A stretch of 64,000 bases of DNA, taken from positions 40,704,001 to 40,768,000 of the forward strand of contig CP068257.2 of assembly GCA_009914755.4 (NCBI GenBank), given 5' to 3'. This document shows, piece after piece, positions 31,818-41,805 of the stretch. Every line of letters starts with the position of its first letter. Position 1 is the first letter of the stretch. Under the pieces are notes generated by a model, which saw only the letters and a list, made by a program, of their open reading frames with translations, did no database searches and was not told the DNA's origin. This stretch comes from the human T2T-CHM13v2.0 reference genome, Homo sapiens. A program made the translations under genes and the position numbers.

Positions 31818-31968
31818 TAAAGAAATTATATGTTAAACCATTGAAAATGAGGAAAAGATGGTTAAGAAAACCCAGGATTTCATGAAATATGAAGCTGATA
31901 AGGCGAAGTTTCTTCTTTGGTTTCGGAACACCCGGTGAGCCAGATGCATCCTCTGGAACCAGCCTCTC

Positions 31969-31982
31969 TTAGTAATGGCAGT
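31969..31982 (-). CDS. TFF2: TFF2 exon 4 CDS (completes D, then C-H-Y, then TAA; 14 nt)
   Basis: Minus-strand cttctag|ACTGCCATTACTAA. Joined to exon 3 it gives ...PKSVEDCHY*. Confidence 0.85.
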
Positions 31983-32921
31983 CTAGAAGTTTAAATGCAA
32001 GATGGTTGGTAAGGGAACCCCAGAAATGGGAGTGCCTAGGCTGCGAAGCTGGGGTGGGCGTGCATCACTTTGCCCAGGAGCTTCCTACTGAAGAAGGAGC
32101 TCCTTTCCCGGGGAGGGGGTGTAAAGGGACCAAATCTTCCCACCCCAGGCCAGAGTTTCCTCTGTGGGGCGCATTCTCCCCAGACAAGTGAACATTTTCT
32201 AGGTGGACCTTTAGGTCACATAAAAAAAATCACTCGGAAAATCCTGAACATGAAATATTTCGCTCTTTGGAGTGCTTTGATATCCTAACAAAAGGAAAAG
32301 AAAAGGCATCCTTCAAGGGCCAGTAGCTCTTTCCCCATTTTCCTGGATCTGCTTGGTCTTTTTTTACCTCGCCACACTCCGAGTCAGGAACACACTATCA
32401 CTAAGCGGGTGGGAGAAGTGGACCCGTTCACCTCTGCCGGCGGGACCCTCCCGGGACTGCCCGGAGCAGGACGTTGTGGATGAGGTTTGTCATTCGGGGT
32501 CATGTGGGGGAGAACGGGGAAGCCACGGGAGAAGGGGCCAGGTCTGCTTGAGTTGGGCCCTCTCTGGTACCCAGCACAGTGCAAGACACTCAGTAGCCTC
32601 CAAATGCAGATGGGCTTGCAATAAAACAGGCAACGCCTCTGAACGTTGCAACACCTGGGGAGGCAACAGGGATGAGCCGCTGTTTCTAGAACCATCACAG
32701 ATGACGCAGTGGCAATGCTGGAGGCTATAAACTTATTGAATAGACGCTGTCTTTGCCAAGAACATTCTGGAATTGCCTTCAGAATCCCATAGGAGGCAGG
32801 GGCCCTGGCCTCGATGGCACTGAGGCAGCGAGGCAGCTCCCCTCCCTGCACCCCACCTCTACGGACGGAGGAGGAATCATGGTGTCCGGGAACCAGACAG
32901 AGAGTCCCACAGCGACGTTAC

Positions 32922-33068
32922 CTTCCACAGACTTCGGGAAGAAGCACCAGGGCACTTCAAAGATGAAGTTGGAGAAGCAGCACTTCCGAGAGGCGCATTC
33001 CTCGGGGCTGATGCCCGGGTAGCCACAGTTTCTTCGGTCTGAGACCTCCATGACGCACTGATCCGACT
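32922..33068 (-). CDS. TFF2: TFF2 exon 3: second trefoil (P) domain
   Basis: Translates to (E)SDQCVMEVSDRRNCGYPGISPEECASRKCCFSNFIFEVPWCFFPKSVE. Acceptor ...tcccatggcag|AG, donor G|gtaacg. 147 nt. Confidence 0.95.
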
Positions 33069-33206
33069 CTGCCATGGGACAGGCACAGCACCGAGACCCA
33101 GTCAGGCCTGCTGTGCCCTGGAAAGCTCCACCCCTTCCTCCTCTGAGAGCAGCGCTGATTTGCAGCCTCCGTGGATCATGAGGTGCTGCCTGGGGCAGCA
33201 TCCCCC

Positions 33207-33286
33207 GGGACGGCCTCCCCCGGGGACTGTGGAAGTGTCGGCCCCTGGGACCGCCTCCCCCGGGGACTGTGGAAGTGTCGGCCCCA
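33207..33286. repeat. 40-bp tandem duplication (gggacSgcctcccccggggactgtggaagtgtcggccccW, two copies) in TFF2 intron 2
   Basis: Two near-identical adjacent copies read directly. Confidence 0.9.
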
Positions 33287-33992
33287 GCGACGCTTGGCTG
33301 GCCTGTCCTCCGCGAAGGTGGGGCCCATGTGGGGTGGTCACAGTCAGAAGCTCTGGAGTCCCCCGCCTTGGGGAAATCATTTTGCCTCTCGGGACTCAGT
33401 GTTCTCAGTAAATGGGGTGGTCCCCCGGGCCAAGATGAGAAAAGGTTTGTGGGCACCTTGGTAAGATGGAAAGCGTTTGGACATGGTATTGATTCCCAAA
33501 GACACTGCCATTCAGTGGGCGCTCGTGAACAATCCACCATCTGCCTGGTTTCCCTGCGGGGCCCAGCAAGCCTCCCAGCAACAATCTTGGGGATGAATCC
33601 TCCTTCTCCAGAGGACGTGCCTGGTTCCACGCACACAGGTGCACGACACACACACAACCTTCCTTTGAGCACTCGTCGGCGTTACAACTTGGGTCCTGAT
33701 CCCGTGCACTAACATAAAACTCACTCCCAAAGAACCCTAGAAGGCTTCACTTCCTTCCCTAACATTTGAGGGCTGTCAGCCCTTATGTTACTGCTGTCCT
33801 ATTAAATACCTTCATTTCCCCATGGAAGCTTCTTCAGAAGTCACACTTCAAAAACTAGAGGAGACCTACTATATATATATATATTTTTTTCTCAACTAAA
33901 GTAAAACTGATGGCTCCACACACACATGTCTGTTGAAAGAACTAACAGTGTAGAAACAGGGTAGGTGGGAAATTTTCATCTCACTGTTGGCT

Positions 33993-35215
33993 GACCTGGG
34001 TTACCTCTAGACTAACAGTCCAGGCTGGCCCCAGGCTAACCAACCTGGGCTACCTCTAGACTAGCAGTCCAGACTAGTCCCAGACTAACCAATCTGGGCT
34101 ACCTCTAGACTAACAGTCCAGGCTAGTCCCAGACTAACCAACCTGGGCTACCTCTAGACTAACAGTCCAGACTAGTCCCAGACTAACCAACCTAACCAAC
34201 CTGGGCTACCTCTAGACTAACAGTCCAGGCTAGTACCAGACTAAACAACCTGGGCTACCTCTAGACTAGCAGTCCAGGCTAGTCTAAGACTAACCAACAT
34301 GGGCTAGCCCCAGACTAACCAACCTGGGCTAGCCCTAGACTACCTCTAGACTAGCAGTCCTCTAGGCTACCTCTAGACTAGCAGTCCAGGCTAGTCCCAG
34401 ACTAACCAACCTGGGCTAGCTCCAGACTAAACAACCTGGGCTAGCTCCAGACTAACAAACCTGGGCTAGCCCCAGACTAACCAACCTGGGCTACTAGCCT
34501 CAGACTAACCAACCTGGGCTAGCTCCAGACTAACCAACCTGGGCTAGCTCCGATTAACCAACCTGGGCTAGCCCTAGACTAACCAGCCTACGCTAGCCCT
34601 AGACTAACCAACCTGGGCTAGCTCCAGACTAACAAACCTAGGCTACTAGCCCCAGACTAACCAGCCTATGCTAGCCCTAGACTAACCAACTTGGGCTAGC
34701 TCCAGACTAACCAACCTAGGCTACTAGCCCCAGACTAATCAACCTGTGCTAGCTCCAAACTAACTAACCTGGGCTAGCCCTAGACTAACTAGCCTACACT
34801 AGCCCTAGACTAACCAACCTGGGCTAGCCCCAGACTAACCAACCTGGGCTACTAGCCCCAGACTAACCAACCTGGGCTAGCTCCAGACTAACCAACCTGG
34901 GCTAGCCCCAGACTAACCAGCCTACGCTAGCCCTAGACTAACCAACCTGGGCTAGCTCCAGGCTAACCAACCTGGGCTACTAGCCCCAGACTAACCAACC
35001 TGCGCTAGCTCCAAACTAACCAACCTGGGCTAGCCTTAGACTAACTAGCCTACACTAGCCCTAGACTAACCAACCTGGGCTAGCCCCAGACTAACCAACC
35101 TGGGCTAGCCCCAGACTAACCAACCTGGGCTAGCTCTAGACTAACCAACCTGGGCTAGCCCCAGACTAACCAACCGGGGCTAGCTCGAGACTAACCCACC
35201 CAGGCTAACCCTAGA
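33993..35215. repeat. TFF2: Minisatellite/VNTR in TFF2 intron 2: 25-bp unit (ctagactaaccaacctgggctagcc and variants), ~49 copies, ~1.2 kb
   Basis: Obvious periodic repetition. The 5' half has a ~50-bp higher-order unit (ctagactaacagtccaggctagtcccagactaaccaacctgggctacct) and the 3' half has simple 25-mers. Matches the 25-bp TFF2 intron-2 VNTR described in the literature. Confidence 0.95.
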
Positions 35216-35316
35216 CTAGCAACTGGGCCTCCTCCGGCCCCTGCTCTGGGCTCCGCCTGTGAAGCTGGGTCCTGGGTTGCCAGCTGCTGGCCCAGGAAGA
35301 TTCCCTGGAAGATTAC

Positions 35317-35466
35317 CTTGCTTTGGGAGGGGGTGGAAACACCAGGGGACCCCAGTGACACTGGAGTCGAAACAGCATCCATTGTCAAAACACTGGTCAC
35401 TGGTGATTCCAGGGAAGCCGCAGTTCGTCCTGTTATGGGGGCTCAGCCTGGAGCACTGGCAGGGGG
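35317..35466 (-). CDS. TFF2: TFF2 exon 2: first trefoil (P) domain
   Basis: Translates to (S)[49 protein letters not shown]. Acceptor tctttccacag|CC, donor CAAG|gtaatc. 150 nt. Confidence 0.95.
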
Positions 35467-35681
35467 CTGTGGAAAGACCCTCAGTCGGCCCCACCCTGGT
35501 ACCCCAGACCACACTGCTCCTTCTCTCAGAGGTTCTAGGGGATGCCTCTACTGTCTTGTTGCCACATAGAGAAACACAAAGTCTTATCTTGCCCATATTT
35601 AAGCAATGCGGTTTCCTCCTGAGAAGCCGATAGGGCTTTGCTGAAATTGTTATATTAGTTTAAAAGGAAAAAAAAAAAAAA

Positions 35682-35990
35682 GCCAGGCATGGTGGCTCAT
35701 ACCTATAATCCCAGCACTTTAGGAAGCCGAGGCGGGCAGATTGCTTGAGCTCAGGAGTTCAAGACCATCCTGGGCAACATGTCGAAACCCCATCTCTACA
35801 AACAATACAAAAAAAAAAATTGGCCGGGCATGATGGTCCACAACTGTGGTTTCAGCTACTCAGGCGGCTGAGGTGGGAGGATCACTTGAGCCTGGGAGGC
35901 AGAGGTTGCAGTGAGCCAAGATCACACCACTGCACTCCTGCCTGGGCGGCAAAGCCAGATCCTGTCTCGGAAAAAAACAAAAACAAAACC
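35682..35990 (+). mobile_element. Alu (sense) in TFF2 intron 1
   Basis: gccaggcatggtggctcatacctataatcccagcactttaggaagccgaggcgggcagattgc ... poly-A. Confidence 0.9.
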
Positions 35991-36314
35991 CTCCTAGAGG
36001 AGGGTGAACAGATGGACCCAAGGCCAAGATCCAGGCGAGAGGTGAGTGCTCTGGGACTCCAAGGACCCTTGGTGGGAATGCCCTCCTGGCCCGACACGGG
36101 GCCCGCTGACACCTGCCGTCACTCAGCCTTTCCCTAGGAGGGAGGCCCTTCTTGGAGCCACCCTCCTGAGCAGTGGCAAATCCCATGTGAACAACACACA
36201 TTGCCAGATGCCTTTATAGCCATTCCCCCTCTCAAGTTAATTTATGGTTGTGCTTTTTTTTTTTCTTTAAGAGAAATAAAGAAAGCACATAAAAAGACCC
36301 TCTCCTTCACTTAC

Positions 36315-36393
36315 AGGGTTTCTCACTCCCCGCCAGGGCACATAGCCCCAGGACGAGGAGCGCTGCCAGGAGCTGGGCGTCTCGCCGTCCCAT
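36315..36393 (-). CDS. TFF2: TFF2 exon 1 CDS (signal peptide MGRRDAQLLAALLVLGLCALAGSEKP, plus 1 nt)
   Basis: ATG at 36393-36391. Donor T|gtaagt at 36314-36309. Confidence 0.92.
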
Positions 36394-36454
36394 GTCTAGC
36401 TCAGCTGCACCCCAGGGTGGCTTGCAGAATGCATGGTGTCCACTGCCGGGTATG

Positions 36455-36461
36455 TTTTATA
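36455..36461 (-). promoter_or_regulatory. TFF2: TFF2 TATA box (TATAAAA), ~60 nt upstream of the ATG
   Basis: Minus-strand ggggagattATAAAAcatacc. Its position relative to the ATG fits a ~30-nt 5'UTR. Confidence 0.6.
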
Positions 36462-37329
36462 ATCTCCCCTCTGTTTGTCCAACAAGCAGAGATAACCTTT
36501 CTTCTCTGCCCCGTGGCCCCAGCCCTTCCACCGTGGAGGCGAAGAGGAGGCAAGAGGCAGCTGTGCCCTGTGCAGGCGAGGCTTCCGGGCCAGGGTGACT
36601 CTCTCCCTGCTCGGTGATACTTCTTCCTGCCCTGGACAGAGAGTTGGGTCATGCCAGGCTGCCAGCGTGGAAAACCGGCCACGTGCAGGTCTGGGGCTGG
36701 GCACACACAGGGTCACACCCAGGAAGGGATAAGCTATGCATTTCTATTGATAGAGTGGGCAGGGACCACAGGAATTTAGAAAATATTAGGGCCAAGTTTA
36801 CTGGGGAAAATGTACAGGCCAGCAGATAGCATGGAAAAGTCCCCTCCCTGAGGAAGGGAAGCATCTCAGAGGAGGTAAGAGACTGCTCCCAGGGCTGTGG
36901 TTAGAGCCTCCCCAACCGCAGCACGATGCCCTTTGTCCCATCTTCAGCAGGAGGGGCTGCTCTCCATGGAGATGAGGCTGACAGGGTCAGCGGAGTAGCC
37001 TGTGACAGGCAGGTTTTAATAAGTTCATTTTCAGCCAACCCCTGAAATGGGTTATTTTTGTTCCATGGGAATGCTCTACATCTTCTGAAAGATGGCACCT
37101 GGGACCCAGCCCATGGCCTTCCTGGGGTAGGATGTGCTGGAGAAGGATTCTGTGGACCTGACAGAGAAGACAGAAGCCAGAGAGTAGACACCCGGAAAGA
37201 AAGAGGGAAAAGTGTGGTGGGAAGGACAGAGGGGACCCGAAGTTCCCCACGCCAGGGAAATGACAGGGGGTTGCCAGTCTGTTTCTGATGGTTGAGCAGT
37301 CAGGGGCCCAGAGACGCAGGAAACCCAAA

Positions 37330-37850
37330 ATCCTTGGTCCACCACGGGGCTGTCCTCAGGGTCTGGAGAGCAGGCCCCATACTCCAGGCCCCCATCCTCC
37401 AGGCCCTCGTCCCCCAGGCTCCATCCTCCAGGCCCCCATTCTCCAGGGCTCCATCCTCTAGGCCCCTGTCCTCCAGGCCCCCATCCTCTAGGCCCTCATC
37501 CTCCAGGCTCCATCCTCCAGGCTCCATCCTCCAGGTTTCATCCTTCAGGCCATCATCCTCCAGGCCCCCGTCCTCCAGGCCCCCATCCTCCAGGCCCCAT
37601 CCTCCAGGCCCCCATCTTTCAGGCCCCTGTCCTCCAGGCTCTTGTCCTCCAGGCCCTCATCCTCCAGGCCCCTGCTCCTCCAGACCCTCATCCTCCAGAC
37701 CCTCATCCTCCAGGCCCCCATCTTTCAGGCCCCTGTCCTCCAGGCCCTCTTCCTCCAGGCCCTCATCCTCCAGGCCCCTGTTCCTCCAGACCCTCGTCCT
37801 CCAGACCCTCATTCTCCAGGCCCCCGTCCTCCAGGCTCCATCCTCCAGGG
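37330..37850. repeat. Imperfect 15-bp minisatellite (consensus ~tcctccaggccccca), ~35 copies, ~0.9 kb upstream of the TFF2 start codon
   Basis: Visible periodicity. Produces the artefactual Pro/Ser-rich ORF 37292..37996 (SSRPPSSRP...). Confidence 0.9.
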
Positions 37851-40099
37851 CTCCTCTGGGTCCGGGTCAAGTACCTCCAGGCTCTCTGCTGACTGTTCAC
37901 CACTGGGCAACCACAGGGACTCGATCCATGAAAACTCTGGCAAGGTCAGTTTCCTTGTTCTACATCCCTGTCACTTTAGTCACCATCATGATATAAGTGA
38001 CTGAGTCATTGTTTTCTCTCATATTCCCACCCACCTCTCCTCTCTGCTTCCTCCCCATCAACTCGACTTCCCACCGCTCACTGCAGCCCCTTCAGGATTC
38101 CTGCTGCGACCACCTGACCCATGCAAAAGAGACCACTTCTCAGCCTCTCTCACTCTCCTGGCCCTGGCGGAAGCCTGTGTTGTCATAGGCATGCTTCCCT
38201 GGAATCCTGCTCAGGCCCCCACGCAGGGACACTGAGTGCCCACAGAGTTGGGAAACCATTACACGAGATGGGATGTCTGCAATAGAGTGGCATCGCTAGT
38301 TGAAAGTGGAGCTGTTCACAACCTCCACAACTGTACTTGGTGGCCACGTCCCCATCACATGGGCTCAGACTGGGGGCTGGACATTGACTTTGAGCCCCAA
38401 GTCTTCACCCTCATGCAAAAACCATCCTCCTTGGAGATGCAGGCTGGGAAGGGCGCCATGTCCGGAGTCCCTGCCCTGCTGTCATCTGCCGACCTTTGTG
38501 CAGCCTGTCCCTTTCGTTAAGAATTTCAGCACTGAGTTCACTGTGTTCCTTGTCATGCTAAGACTTGGCCACATCCCAGGCATCTTCAACATGGCGGTCG
38601 ATGTTTCATCAAAATTCACAGTCGCTCAGATTTTATTTTTCCTCATCTCTAGGAACTTCCATCTCCACTCCACTTCTGCCACTTCTGCCACCCTCCCATG
38701 ACCACACTCAGAACTTGAGCTCCACCTCTGAAAGAGGGTATGCAAATGTCCTTTCTGCCCAGGATGTCCTAAGCTCCTAACATTCTCCCTTTGTCTGAAT
38801 CCTAAAGCCCTCCAATCCCCTATTCCCCTGTGAGCCCCCTCCTGTCTATCCTTCCTTCCTGCTTCTCCAGCCTGATTTCCACAGTGCTCACTTCACCCAC
38901 CGTCTTCCTCACTGCTGTTTCCCACTGTCTCTGTGCCTATGCCATCTGCCTAGCATGGCCGACACCTACCTTGAATTGTTGCCACTCTCAACGCATGATC
39001 TCAGCGCCATCCAGGCACTCAGGGCTGGCGCCCTCCTCTTTCTGTCTATCCTTCTCCACCCCTGCTCACTTCCATTTTGCACACTTTGGGGATGATACTT
39101 TCCATCAGTTCACATAGAAAGTCAACAAATGGGAACCACCTCAGCTATCACCCATGTGGACTTCCGCTTTTGACTATGGAGTCACTGGTACCAGGCTAGC
39201 CTCCCACCATGAGTAACTCTAAAACTACATAAGTAACAGTCTGCAGATGCTGAGCAGCAGGCAGTGCCAGACAGCGATCCCTGAGAGAAGGGAAACAATA
39301 GGGGGAGTCCCATGGCTGCCTTGGTTTCCTGGAGACGCTCTCCAGACTACAGCACAGGGAGGGGAACCCAAATAGCACTGAAGTCCCATCGGGCTGAGGA
39401 GACAGAGGTCAGAATTGGAAGCTTCTGAGGCAGGCGGGTTATCAAGGTAAGAGAAGGAAGCTCCAGAAATATAAAAGTGTGTCCTTTGAGCTTTTCATCA
39501 AATACTATGCTGTTCGTGCCCACAAGGCCAGGCTAAGTAGCCCCTGGGGACAGAACAATCACTGGGGAGGCTAAACTGAACAACTAGTGTAGGGTTCGTG
39601 GGGCTGGAAAGCATTTGAGCTCAGAGCAGCCAGAGGTGTTGACCACTTCAAGCATTCAATAAAGGCCATGCCGTAAAAAGAAGGCTGATCTTTCTAGAGG
39701 AAAGCTACTCAAAATCCATTCGAACAAAACTTTAAAACAAGTCTTGCAGGAATCAAGTTAACCTGCAAGTAAATTAACTGCTTGTATTAGTTCACTCAGG
39801 TTGCTGTAACAAAATACTACACATTGTGTAGCTTAACCAACAGAAGTGTACTTTCTCACAATTCTGGTGCCCAGAAGTCCAAGATAGGGTGTCAGCACAT
39901 CTGGTTTCTACTGAGGCCTCTTTCTGCTTGCAGATGGCTTTTTTTCCCCATATCTCACATGGTCTTTCCTCTGTGCACGCACATCTCTGGCGACTCTTTT
40001 CTTATAAGGACACCAGTCAAATTGAACCAGGGCCCACCCTAAGAGCCTCATTTTAACCTGATTACCCCTTTTAAGACACTGTCTCCAAATGTAGTCACA

Positions 40100-40900
40100 T
40101 TCTTAGGTAATGGAATTTAAGGCTTCATATATGAATTTGGGGGAAATAATTCAACCGATAACACTACCTGAGAGAGCAAAGCATTCAACACTTTACTAAT
40201 GAAGACAGCAAAACCTAAATACACAACATAACATCCCTAACGTCTAACAGAAAATCAGAAGTTACTAGATGTGTGGAGAGAACTAGGAAATATGGCCCAT
40301 AATCATTAGAAAAATCAGTGAACAAAAACAGACTTAGACATGGCATAAAATGTTCAAAGATTGAAAGAAAAACATAATATAATAAAGGAACAAAAAGGAA
40401 TCTCAGTAGATAAATGGAAACTAAAAATTAACCAGGTACAAATTTTAGAAATAAAAAATACAACATCTGAAATGAAAAATACACTGTATGGGTTTTTGAT
40501 TAGATACTATTAGATGCTGCAGAGGAATGGTCAGTTTACTTGAAGTGAAGCCAGTGCAAGATAAACTATGCGAACTAGAGCATAAAGTGAAAAAGGGCTA
40601 AACAAATAAACAAGATTCCAATGACCGGTGAGACAATGTCAAGCAATCTAACATACATGTAATTGATGTACCAGTAGGAGAGGAGAGAAAAAAATCTTTT
40701 AAAGAAATACTTGATCAAGAATGAGTATTGAGTAAATATTCATTAGATTTTTCTGAAGTTGGTGAAAAGTATAAACCTACAAATCTTAGAGGCTCAAAGA
40801 ACTTCAAGGAAGATAAATACCAAAAATATCACATCAAGGCACAGCATGATTCGTCTGTTGAAAATCCGGTGATTTAAAAAACTCTTAAAGCAGCTGGAGG
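40100..40900 (+). mobile_element. Old L1 fragment (5'UTR/ORF1-like region, sense)
   Basis: gcgaactagagcataaagtgaaaaagggctaaacaaataaacaagattccaatgaccggtgagacaatgtcaagcaatctaacatacatgtaattgatgtaccagtaggagaggagagaaaaaaat resembles the L1 ORF1 upstream/ORF1 region. Confidence 0.5.
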
Positions 40901-40919
40901 AAAAGACTTCTATAATTTG

Positions 40920-41300
40920 AATGTCCCTCCAAACTCATGTCGAAACTTAATCCCCAATGTGGCCGTATTGAGAGGTGGGGCCTTTAACAGGTGATTGGAT
41001 CGTGAGAGCTCCGCTCTCATGAATGAATTAATCCACTCATGAATTAATGGATTCATGGGATGATGGATTCATGGGTTATTGTGGAAGGGGACCTGGTGGC
41101 TTTATACGAAGAGAGACCTGTGCTAGGACATGAACACACTCAGCGCCCTCACCATGGAATACCCTGGGCTGCCTTGGGACACATCTGAGAGTCCCCACCA
41201 GCAAGAAGGCACTCAAGAGATACAACCCCTCAACCTTGGACATCCCAGTCTCCAGAACTGTAAGAGATGAAGTTCATTTCTTATAAATGACCAGTTTCAA
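40920..41300 (+). mobile_element. ERVL-MaLR LTR (THE1/MST-like)
   Basis: ctccaaactcatgtcgaaacttaatccccaatgtggc...ggtgattggatcgtgagagctc...ccagtctccagaactgtaagagatgaagttcatttcttataaatgaccagtttc parallels the THE1/MST LTR consensus. Confidence 0.55.
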
Positions 41301-41593
41301 CTTAGCAACAGAAAATAGGCTAAGACAAAGACATACAGCATGGAGGAGAACATAATAACAATAATGACTGATAACACAGTATTATTTACTCAACACTCAT
41401 TCTTGATCAAGTATTTCTTTTTATCTGATAATGCAAACCAGAAGACAATGGGATAACATGTGTAAGTGCTAGGGAAAAGTTCTATACTCTGAAAATATGC
41501 TTTCGAAACAATTGCAGAGTTGATTCATTGTGACAAAGACTGTAAGGCCTCCAAAACCTACAATATTTACTATCTAGCCGTTTAAAAAAATCC

Positions 41594-41805
41594 AGGCTGG
41601 GTGCAGTGGCTCACGCCACAATCCCAGCACTTAGGGAGGCCTAGGTGGGCAGATCACCTGAGGTCAGGAACAGCCTGGCCAACATGGTGAAATTCCATCT
41701 CTACTAAAAATACAATAATTAGTCAGGCATGGTAGCTCATGCTTGCAATCCCAGCTACTTAGGAGGCTGAAGCAGAAGAATCGCTTGAACTCAGGAGAGG
41801 TTGCA
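41594..41805 (+). mobile_element. Alu (sense), 3'-truncated
   Basis: ggctgggtgcagtggctcacgccacaatcccagcacttagggaggcctaggtgggcagatcacctgaggtcagga... Confidence 0.85.

Larger units (their letters stand above)
31795..36430 (-). other. TFF2: TFF2 gene (spasmolytic polypeptide), complete: 4 exons with inferred TSS ~36427 and poly(A) site ~31795
   Basis: The four CDS segments splice to the complete 129-aa TFF2 precursor (390 nt including stop). All junctions use GT-AG. Confidence 0.9.

Noticed and set aside
32779-33672. 297-aa minus-strand ORF
   Set aside because: Only the central 147 nt (32922-33068) are the real TFF2 exon 3. The rest is intronic read-through that happens to stay open in GC-rich sequence containing the 40-bp duplication.
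37292-37996. 234-aa Pro/Ser-rich ORF on the plus strand
   Set aside because: Entirely composed of the 15-bp minisatellite, and frame maintenance is a consequence of 15 being divisible by 3. No homology, splice signals or promoter; opposite strand to neighbouring genes.
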